Assembly: GCA_043810925.1 (NCBI GenBank) | Contig: JBDRNT010000007.1 | Location: 1 to 50,936 of the forward strand | Reading direction: 5' to 3' | Length of the DNA stretch: 50,936 nt | Source of the DNA: Candidatus Eiseniibacteriota bacterium | Lineage (GTDB): Bacteria; Arandabacterota; Arandabacteria; Arandabacterales; Arandabacteraceae | Shown here: in pieces, positions 40,569 to 47,994 of the stretch | How positions within the stretch are numbered: position 1 is the first letter of the stretch | How the letters are laid out: every line of letters begins with the position of its first letter | Notes under the pieces: model-generated | Told to the model about the DNA's origin: nothing | The model's database searches: none | The model's input: the letters and a program-made list of their open reading frames with translations, nothing else | Program-made: the position numbers and the translations under genes

Positions 40569-41411
40569 ATGAGACTGAAGACTCTGGTGTGCACTGTCTG
40601 TATGTTCACTACCGCTGTGGCGATGGGCCAACCGTCCGCAGACAGCAGTGGAGAACCATCAATTGAGTTTCCCTACGTTCTGAAAATCGCTCCCGGTAAC
40701 GTACTTGTCGTTTACGGGCACGTGATTCGTAACGAGGTTTTGGTCACCTGGGAACCCGGGGATAGTCTGCGAGTAGAAGGCCTGCCTATACTCCCGAAAC
40801 CTTCTGTCCCCCGCATTGTACTCTCAGAGCACGGTCTGGCCAAGACCTATGGAAGAGTTGACTATGTTCGGGAACGTGTCGACAGTGGTTATACCTGGCG
40901 GCAGGCGACTGACGCGTCGTTCCAGAAGAGGCATGAAGAAATCCAGTCTGCCCGAGCCGTTTATGCGACGGTAATAGACTCAACGGGATCCCACGAGAAG
41001 GCGGCAAGAGCTGTTTCCAATTCGTTCGACCGATCGCTCTTGAGGCCAGGTTATGAGCCAGTCGTAACGCTCACTCACACAAGTGTGGAATGGCAGGGGG
41101 GGTTCACGGATCACGATATGCCCGAGCTTGAGTTCAACCGGGGGAACCCCGACTTCAAGGAGATATTCAAGAAAACAACCGAGGAAGGTCGAGCTTGTTT
41201 TAAGACAAGACAACTCGTCTGGTGGTTAGGCGGGCCTGGAATCTGCGTTGTTATGGAGAACCCGGGCGGTATGAGAGCCTCTTGTGGAGATTCGGCTCGC
41301 AGAGCCGTCGCTCAGATCGAAGCGGCGGAGATGGGCAGTATCAAAGAAGGCCGGATTGATGAGACGGATCTGAGGCGGATAATTGACACCCAGGCACCTG
41401 AGTCGGAATGA
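40569..41411 (+). CDS. Hypothetical secreted protein
   Basis: Signal-peptide-like N-terminus and TATAAT promoter just upstream; stop lies 1 nt before R3. Confidence 0.75.
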   Translation: MRLKTLVCTVCMFTTAVAMGQPSADSSGEPSIEFPYVLKIAPGNVLVVYGHVIRNEVLVTWEPGDSLRVEGLPILPKPSVPRIVLSEHGLAKTYGRVDYVRERVDSGYTWRQATDASFQKRHEEIQSARAVYATVIDSTGSHEKAARAVSNSFDRSLLRPGYEPVVTLTHTSVEWQGGFTDHDMPELEFNRGNPDFKEIFKKTTEEGRACFKTRQLVWWLGGPGICVVMENPGGMRASCGDSARRAVAQIEAAEMGSIKEGRIDETDLRRIIDTQAPESE

Positions 41412-41412
41412 G

Positions 41413-41499
41413 CGGCGGGGCCGACGGGACGAGTTTCGCAACTCTCTTAGGTCTGAGAAGTGCTTTAAGACCGCTGGCCCGGTGCCCTGCCTTGTTTGA
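41413..41499 (+). repeat. att-like scar R3
   Basis: CGGCGGGGCCGACGGGAC matches at 17/18; reads RRGRRDEFRNSLRSEKCFKTAGPVPCLV*. Confidence 0.88.
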
Positions 41500-41542
41500 T
41501 CCCTACCCTGCTGACGGTGCTTTCCGACAACTGAGACCAGTC

Positions 41543-42187
41543 TCAACGTTCTTCCGGACACAAATGCAGGTAGGATCCTGCAAACGCGATGAAGTCCTGA
41601 AGATCGACGTCGCCGTCCCAATCAAAGTCCACACACCACTCGTCACCAAGATAGGCTGTGGCGAAGAAGATGAAGTCCTGCAGGTCAACATCACAGTCGG
41701 CATCGGTATCCGGACTGGCCGTGGTTATGCGGTTGCTCGGGCCAAGTTCGACACCCTCACTCACGATCGAGAACTGAAGACCACAGTCGCCGCCATCACC
41801 TGACTTAGTGTCACATCCACCGAAGTGAGAGAAGGTCACCGAACAGGTGCCGGTGATATCCGTCAGGCAGCTTGCGGGTGCTTCACCCGGACAGAAACAG
41901 TGACCTGGCTTATACCCTGGCCCAGGATCAACATCCACGATGATGGGATCCACGACCACCCAATGATCCCGAAGCGGAGTCCCATAGCAGTCTCTGACAT
42001 TTACCGTCACTGTCACCACGTCCGTGTCACTCGCGGGACGGTAGGTACCACGATCCGGTGTCGCAATTCCGTCTGAAGTCCCCGCACAAGGAACTCCCGC
42101 ATATGTAGCGCCGGCAAGAAACACCATCGCGGTGATCGCGGCAAACACAACGATGCCGAGGCAGACAGGCGAGAAAGTCTTAGTCAT
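41543..42187 (-). CDS. Secreted Cys-rich Ig-like protein with dockerin-like double EF-hand C-terminus
   Basis: GGAGG RBS, signal peptide, DTDADCDVDLQDF and DFDWDGDVDLQDF. Confidence 0.8.
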   Translation of the reverse strand: MTKTFSPVCLGIVVFAAITAMVFLAGATYAGVPCAGTSDGIATPDRGTYRPASDTDVVTVTVNVRDCYGTPLRDHWVVVDPIIVDVDPGPGYKPGHCFCPGEAPASCLTDITGTCSVTFSHFGGCDTKSGDGGDCGLQFSIVSEGVELGPSNRITTASPDTDADCDVDLQDFIFFATAYLGDEWCVDFDWDGDVDLQDFIAFAGSYLHLCPEER

Positions 42188-42346
42188 AACCCACACCTCC
42201 TTGCTTGCCGTATTATACCACAGATAGCAGATAAATCAAGTGACGAGATGGGCTTGGGTGCGGTTAGGAAGAGACAACGTGATCCCCGGCAGTAGACGAC
42301 CGATGGGCATCTGCCGCCTCCGGCAGTATCGAGGGCTGAGATTCAA

Positions 42347-42433
42347 TGGCGGGCCATACGGGACGATTATAGAACTTTCCTGAGGTCGGAGGAGTGCCGT
42401 AAGACTGCTCAGTTGTTGGCCTGTCTCACATGA
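42347..42433 (+). repeat. att-like scar R4
   Basis: TGGCGGGCCATACGGGAC matches at 15/18; reads WRAIRDDYRTFLRSEECRKTAQLLACLT*. Confidence 0.8.
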
Positions 42434-42615
42434 TTGGTCTACGGATCCAGAGACCCCAAACGGAGCGTTCCACGCGGGGTATATCTGAACCCTTTCTGCG
42501 TGTGCCCACGCGAAAGAACGGGGGTGTACCGGGCGCATAGGGAGCTATGTCGCTACGCTACCCTTGCGGAGTAGTCTGCTATGCGGCCAGGTGCCACTCT
42601 CCTGACAGTCTGCCG

Positions 42616-43209
42616 TTATTTGAACACAGCTTTGATATCGCCCCATGTGCTGGATTCTATCCCCATAGTCCCACAAGGATTCTCACCGGACGAACCTCCA
42701 ATACCAGCACAGAAGCTCCTGCTTGTTAAGACACTGTCTGCTGTAGTGCCGCCCTGGCAGTCGGCAGCGCTGATACGATCGAACAGCGGGTGTGGGATTA
42801 CGCAAACCGTACCAAAATCAAAGATCCAGGCCCAACCGGGGATGCCAACGGGGCCCGGCTGGCATGTTGCCCACGCATGCGCAATGCCATCACCCGGCCA
42901 GACGATGTCTCCGATGGTAAGATAGCTGCAGCTCGTGAACACGCAGCTATAGAGCCCCGGCCAGCTCATTCCGTAGTCAAAACCCTGATATTCGACCATA
43001 TCAAAGAATACAGGGAAAGCATCCACATCGTGGCTTGTCTCAGTCTCGATGATATCCGCGCAGCCCGCAATCGTCGGTAAGCCGCTACAAGTTCGCGAAG
43101 CATGAGGCAAAACGTGAACTGCAACCTTGGCATCCGTGTTCAGCCCGGCAAACGCAACAACAGATATGGCGGCGACAGCAATACAAGAAAGCAATAGCGT
43201 TCTAAACAT
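42616..43209 (-). CDS. Secreted Cys-rich hypothetical protein with TWGxIK tail
   Basis: GAGGAGG RBS, ATG at 43209, signal peptide; ends STWGDIKAVFK. Confidence 0.82.
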   Translation of the reverse strand: MFRTLLLSCIAVAAISVVAFAGLNTDAKVAVHVLPHASRTCSGLPTIAGCADIIETETSHDVDAFPVFFDMVEYQGFDYGMSWPGLYSCVFTSCSYLTIGDIVWPGDGIAHAWATCQPGPVGIPGWAWIFDFGTVCVIPHPLFDRISAADCQGGTTADSVLTSRSFCAGIGGSSGENPCGTMGIESSTWGDIKAVFK

Positions 43210-43384
43210 ATCCCGCACCTCCTCTCGGGAAGCATTGTAGCACAGGCACCTCGCAAAGTCACGTGAAATCCCAGGACTTGCCCGGAGCGGTTCGAGGCCC
43301 GATTGCCATGGAAGCGGCAACGCTAACAGTCAAAGATAACAGGAGAACCTCTGGGGCGCTGAAACCGGACCCTGCAGAAGGCAG

Positions 43385-43462
43385 TGGCGGGGCCGACGGG
43401 ACTCGAACCCGCGACCTCTGGCTTGACAGGCCAGTGTGCTAACCAAGCTGCACCACGACCCC
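43385..43462 (-). tRNA. tRNA-Asp(GTC)
   Basis: Cloverleaf with GGGGTCG/CGGCCCC acceptor stem, CTGGC-CTGTCAA-GCCAG anticodon arm, GGTTCGAGTCC T arm and encoded CCA. Confidence 0.98.
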
Positions 43463-43484
43463 GCTCAGTGTTGGTCCAAACTTG

Positions 43485-43513
43485 AAGATATCAGGGGAAA
43501 GGCCGGGTGTCAA
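43485..43513 (-). promoter_or_regulatory. tRNA promoter
   Basis: TTGACA-17-TATCTT with an extended TG. Confidence 0.7.
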
Positions 43514-43532
43514 CAGATATGTGCACCGCCAA

Positions 43533-43560
43533 TGGGGTCAGGCTTTGAATACTGGAATTC
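43533..43560. repeat. Single family A arm
   Basis: tggggtcaggctttgaatactggaattc. Confidence 0.8.
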
Positions 43561-43622
43561 TGCTGGGAGAATCAATCTGTCGGGCGCGTGCACCCGGCGC
43601 CACAGGGCATCAGCCCTCCACG

Positions 43623-43647
43623 ATTAGGCTTGGTGTCACCGAAATTA
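43623..43647 (-). repeat. Family B repeat overlapping the anmK stop codon
   Basis: Minus strand TAATTTCGGTGACACCAAGCCTAAT. Confidence 0.8.
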
Positions 43648-44829
43648 GGTGGGGTGGATGGAGCCGAGGATGGCGGGCGCAAGACCGTGGGATTGGGACA
43701 CTATGTTGGCGGGGATGCGTTTGAGGCAGAGGTAGCCGAGGTAGGCGAAGGCACATGCTTCCCTGGTGAGCGATGGAATTCCCAATGCTTCACCGGTCAT
43801 AACCTCCGACTCGGGAAGTCTGGTCTTCAACCCTTCCATCAAGACGGAGTTCCGGCTGCCGCCGCCGGTGACGATGATCTCATCCACACTCATCAGTGGG
43901 GCAACGTGACCGCGTATCGCGCGTGCAATGGACTCACACGTAAATTCGGTCAGCGTACTTATGATGGTCGAATGGCTGAGGCCTCTCGAAAGCATGCGCT
44001 CAAGCACACTCTTCGTGAAGGGTACACCAAATTCTTCCCAGCCGGTGGACTTGGGTGGCTTCCGCCTGAAATAGGAATGCTCGAGGAGCCGTTTCAACTC
44101 CTGCACATCGGGCTCTCCCCTGTGTGCCATCTCGCCGTCCCGGTCAAAGCCCACCTCACCGCCCGTCAGCAGCGAAACGGCTATGTCGATCATGCAGTTA
44201 CCAGGACCGGTATCAAAGGCGACGATGTCCTTTGGAGATGCGCCTCGGGCAACGCCTGTAAGGTTGGCGATCCCTCCTATATTAAGCGCGATGCGTGACT
44301 TCTTCGAAGAACGCAACGTGGCGTAGTCATAGACGGGAACCAGGGGTGCTCCCTCACCACCGACTGCGATATCGGCGGACCGGAAGTCCGTTACGGTGGT
44401 GATCCCCGTTACCTGTGCGATCACAGCCCCTGATCCAACCTGGAGTGTGGAGCTTACCGTTCTCCAGCCCAGCTTCGCACCGCTTGGCAGATGAAGCAAG
44501 GTCTGGCCGTGGGAGCCGATGCAGTCGATATCGGCGGGCTTGAGGCCTGCGTGGTTGATTGTCTGCAACGCTTTCTCTCCAAACAACCTGCCCAGCATAA
44601 AACGCATGCCGGCCACATCCTGAAGCGCGAGCTCTTCAGGCTCCTTCATCAGGAGTTCCCTGACTGACCCAGGATACTGATAATCCTCCGAATGGATGTG
44701 CCGGATCCGGTTCCGGGGATACCTCCCTCCTATCTCAACTATGGCGACATCGATCCCATCGCGGGATGTCCCTGACATGATGCCGCAGGCTATGAAGGGT
44801 TTGCGGCGCGATTGAGATTGCTTCGTCAC
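43645..44829 (-). CDS. anmK: Anhydro-N-acetylmuramic acid kinase (start 44829 GTG or 44856 ATG)
   Basis: GIMSGTSRDG, GSHGQT, GGEGAPLVP, NIGGIAN, FDTGPGN and PKSTG motifs. Confidence 0.95.
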   Translation of the reverse strand: MTKQSQSRRKPFIACGIMSGTSRDGIDVAIVEIGGRYPRNRIRHIHSEDYQYPGSVRELLMKEPEELALQDVAGMRFMLGRLFGEKALQTINHAGLKPADIDCIGSHGQTLLHLPSGAKLGWRTVSSTLQVGSGAVIAQVTGITTVTDFRSADIAVGGEGAPLVPVYDYATLRSSKKSRIALNIGGIANLTGVARGASPKDIVAFDTGPGNCMIDIAVSLLTGGEVGFDRDGEMAHRGEPDVQELKRLLEHSYFRRKPPKSTGWEEFGVPFTKSVLERMLSRGLSHSTIISTLTEFTCESIARAIRGHVAPLMSVDEIIVTGGGSRNSVLMEGLKTRLPESEVMTGEALGIPSLTREACAFAYLGYLCLKRIPANIVSQSHGLAPAILGSIHPT

Positions 44830-44911
44830 TTCGTTCCTCGCAATGACAGAATTCATCCTCGTAATGACAGAAGACGGCCCCGCGATGACAGAAGACAGCC
44901 CCGCGATGACA
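44814..44911. repeat. GAGATTGCTTCGTC...CCTCGCAATGAC palindromic repeat (family C) plus ~21-bp tandem copies
   Basis: gagattgcttcgtcacttcgttcctcgcaatgac followed by three cc(t/c)cg(t/c)(a/g)atgaca units; a variant occurs at 45792-45828. Confidence 0.75.
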
Positions 44912-44922
44912 TTGACACGGCT

Positions 44923-45747
44923 TTAACCACGGACTGCTCCTTCGGTTATACCTCTTACAATATGCCTCTGGAAGAAGCCAAATGCCACTATGGTCGGTAT
45001 CGCAGCCAGTGCGGCGCCGGCCATCAGGAGTCCCCAGTCAACACTGTGCTCACCCTGGGCGAAGATCGCAAGCCCCACCGGCAGCGTCCTCACGCGGTCG
45101 GAATTCGTGAGCACGAATGGAAGCAGAAACGAGTTCCAGGTTATTAGAAACGTGTTTGTCGCAACTACGACAAGCGCAGGCTTAAGCGCCGGGAAGACGA
45201 CCTTGGTGAAAGTCGTCATGAGGCTTGCCCCATCGATGAATGCCGCCTCTTCTATGTCCCGGGGTATGGTCTTCACATACTGGTGGATGAAAAAGACGTT
45301 AAAGGCATCCACCAGGAACGGAAGGATAAGTGCGTAGTAGGTGTCGATGAGATTCATCCGGAGGAGCAGCGTGAAGAGCGGAATCATCATGATGTGTTTG
45401 GGTATCATCATAGTTGATATCAGGAGGAAGAGCATCACACCCGCGCTTCTGCCCCCGCTCCTTGCGATCGCATAGGCCGCCATCGAGGCTAGTATGACGT
45501 TTCCGAACACAACGAAGGTGACGACGACCGTGCTGTTAAGGAAGTATCTGGCGAAAGGGCCCTGACTTAGGATCTCGCCGTAGTGCTCGAGTGTGGGAGC
45601 GGCCGGTATGAGGTCCTTCAGAGCACTCAGAACCCCGCCTTCACTCTTCAGCGATACCGAGAGCATGACATAAAGCGGGAAGAGATTGATGACAAGGACG
45701 ATGAGAAGCACAATCCCGACGAGAGTTATCCCTGTACGCTCCCTCAT
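44923..45747 (-). CDS. Carbohydrate ABC transporter permease (MalG-like)
   Basis: IPRDIEEAAFIDGA (EAA motif), WNSFL and RTLPVGL. Confidence 0.95.
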   Translation of the reverse strand: MRERTGITLVGIVLLIVLVINLFPLYVMLSVSLKSEGGVLSALKDLIPAAPTLEHYGEILSQGPFARYFLNSTVVVTFVVFGNVILASMAAYAIARSGGRSAGVMLFLLISTMMIPKHIMMIPLFTLLLRMNLIDTYYALILPFLVDAFNVFFIHQYVKTIPRDIEEAAFIDGASLMTTFTKVVFPALKPALVVVATNTFLITWNSFLLPFVLTNSDRVRTLPVGLAIFAQGEHSVDWGLLMAGAALAAIPTIVAFGFFQRHIVRGITEGAVRG

Positions 45748-45760
45748 CTCACCCTCTCCC

Positions 45761-45898
45761 TGGGGTCAGGCTTTGAATTCTGGAATTCCGCGAGATCGCC
45801 GCGTTCCCTCCGGGAGCTCGCGATGACACACGTAGTCCCCGGACGCCCCTCAATGGCAGCATGCGGCCCGCAATTCCAGAATTCAAAGCCTGACCCCA
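45761..45898. repeat. Family A inverted-repeat element inside the ABC operon
   Basis: TGGGGTCAGGCTTTGAATTCTGGAATT ... AATTCCAGAATTCAAAGCCTGACCCCA. Confidence 0.88.
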
Positions 45899-45907
45899 TT
45901 TTTCATC

Positions 45908-46771
45908 TCATGCCTTGACCCGTCCGAGGAGTCTCACCTGCACAAAGGCGAAGAACGTGATAAGCACAAAGACGACGAATGCGACCGCACTCGCGGCGCC
46001 GATGTCTATCCGGTGAAACGCCTTTTCATACATGTAATAGACGAGCGTCATGGTGCTACCCAGGGGACCGCCCCTTGTCATGATCACGACCTCAACAAAG
46101 ACCTGGAAGGCCCTTATGGTGTTGACGACGACAACGAAGACCACGACGGGTTTTATCCAGGGCAGCGTCACAAACCGGAAAAGGCTCAGTTTCCCGGCAC
46201 CGTCCACCCTGGCCGCGTCATAGAGCTCCCTCGGGACAGTCTGCAGGGCCGCCAGGTAGAAGATCGCGTAGTAACCTACGCTCGCCCAGATGTCCATGAC
46301 CATTATCGAGGGAAGCGCCAGGCGGGGATTCAAGAGCCATTCCTGGCCTCCGATCCCGACAAACCCGGCGATGAGATTAAGAAGCCCCTGCTTGGAATAG
46401 ATGTACTTAAAGACGAGCGAGATCACGGCCAGCGATACCACCGAGGGGATGAAATAGCCGGTCCTGAGGACTCCCTTAAGCCTCCCCGACCTTTCGACAA
46501 GGAGTGCGAGGAGGAGCGAAAGCGCCGCCGTCACCGGCACGGTCCCCACAACAAAGAAAATCGTGTTGGTGAACGATTGCCAGAAGAGCCCGTCGGTGAA
46601 GATCGATCTGTAATTCTCAAAGCCGGTCCAGCCGATGAGCCCCCCCTTAAAAGGGTTATACTCCGCAAAACTCACACCGAGTGAGAACAGGATCGGGTAG
46701 GCTGAAAACAGAGCAAAGGAAACGACCCACGGAATAATAAAGAGTGCACGCTGTCTTGAGGATTTCATCAC
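45908..46771 (-). CDS. Carbohydrate ABC transporter permease (MalF-like)
   Basis: GFENY, VPRELYDAARVDGA and MTRGGP motifs. Confidence 0.95.
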   Translation of the reverse strand: MMKSSRQRALFIIPWVVSFALFSAYPILFSLGVSFAEYNPFKGGLIGWTGFENYRSIFTDGLFWQSFTNTIFFVVGTVPVTAALSLLLALLVERSGRLKGVLRTGYFIPSVVSLAVISLVFKYIYSKQGLLNLIAGFVGIGGQEWLLNPRLALPSIMVMDIWASVGYYAIFYLAALQTVPRELYDAARVDGAGKLSLFRFVTLPWIKPVVVFVVVVNTIRAFQVFVEVVIMTRGGPLGSTMTLVYYMYEKAFHRIDIGAASAVAFVVFVLITFFAFVQVRLLGRVKA

Positions 46772-47994
46772 CGGATTATTGCATTAACTTCGTCTTCCAT
46801 CAATGATAGAGCTTCACGAGGCGAGATGATGCCGTAGAGACATTCCTCAAGTCTTGTGTTTATCACCTCCTCGATATCGACCCAGAAGGGCGACGGTGGC
46901 GGGGAAAAGGAGGTCTCACACTGCTTAAGGAGCAGGCGTTCCATCGGGTTTTCGTCATAGTAGGGATGAATGAGCGCCTGTCTCGAGGCCGGTTGCACAC
47001 CCTTTACGTCGCTTGAGATCTTAAGAGCCTGGTCGGCGGCAACGAGAAACCGCGCCAGTTCCATGGCGGGCTCCATCCGGGAACCCGTAGGAAGAACCAG
47101 TATCTCCGCACCGGCAAACGAGGCGTGGATACCTCCCGTATCGGGCTTCGGCACAAACGCAACCGCGAAGTCGAGACCGGGTGCATCCTCGGGTATGCGC
47201 TTTAAGTTCCATCCGCCTGATATCATCATGCCGATCCTGCCCTGTTTGAACATCTCATCGATCATGTCCTGGCGTTCAAGGACCGAGTGGGACTTAAGCG
47301 ACATGTAAAACTCAAGGGCTTCGATATTCTCATCCGAATCGAGCGTACACACCGAGAGATCATCGCTTAAGATCCTGCCGCCGTTTCCCCAGGCAAACGG
47401 CATGAATTTCTTATAGAGCACGTAGCGCTCGCCCGCATTCATCCCGAAGCCGTAGACATCGTCACGAAGCCCGTGAATACGCTCCGCCGCGCTTGAGAGC
47501 TCGCTCCAGGTTACGGGCGGATCGTCGGGTGATATCCCCGCCTCGGCAAAGAGCCCCCTGTTGTAGAAGAGCGCGCGGCTCCCGACAAGCCACGGGATAC
47601 CGAATCGCCGTCCCTCAAATGTCGCGAGGTCCCACATCATGAGTTCGGGGTAGAGATCCTCTGTAAAAGCGGTCACGTCTTCAACCGCGCCCTGGTCTTC
47701 GAACTTGGGCAGCCACGTCGAGCCAACCTCCAGAAGATCGGGCAGGTGGCCGGATGAGAAGGCCATGACTATCTTCTCATATCCGCTTTGCCACGTCAGG
47801 GTCTCGACCCGGACTGATATGGACGGGTTCTCAGCTTCGAACTCGTCGATCAGAGCTTCCATTATGTCGGGACGCTGAAACTGCCAGAAAACCACCTCGG
47901 CCTCTTCACGGCGCGAGCACGACACGATAACAAGCGCGACGAGTACGGTAACTGAAGCGGGAATGAATAGACTGGATAAGACGCGTTTCCTCAC
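46768..47994 (-). CDS. Carbohydrate ABC transporter substrate-binding lipoprotein
   Basis: Lipobox IVSC, FEAENP, LFYNRGLF and PPVTWSEL motifs. Confidence 0.92.
   Translation of the reverse strand: MRKRVLSSLFIPASVTVLVALVIVSCSRREEAEVVFWQFQRPDIMEALIDEFEAENPSISVRVETLTWQSGYEKIVMAFSSGHLPDLLEVGSTWLPKFEDQGAVEDVTAFTEDLYPELMMWDLATFEGRRFGIPWLVGSRALFYNRGLFAEAGISPDDPPVTWSELSSAAERIHGLRDDVYGFGMNAGERYVLYKKFMPFAWGNGGRILSDDLSVCTLDSDENIEALEFYMSLKSHSVLERQDMIDEMFKQGRIGMMISGGWNLKRIPEDAPGLDFAVAFVPKPDTGGIHASFAGAEILVLPTGSRMEPAMELARFLVAADQALKISSDVKGVQPASRQALIHPYYDENPMERLLLKQCETSFSPPPSPFWVDIEEVINTRLEECLYGIISPREALSLMEDEVNAIIR

Noticed and set aside
41408-41803. 131-aa plus-strand ORF starting at R3
   Set aside because: It is mostly antisense to the dockerin-like gene and out of frame with the conserved scar peptide.
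39089-42433. Additional tRNA genes at R1-R4
   Set aside because: Only the 3' 18 nt match; there are no D or anticodon arms.
38045-43384. Classical integron or prophage
   Set aside because: There is no intI and I saw no attC-type palindromes or phage genes; the boundaries are tRNA-derived direct repeats.
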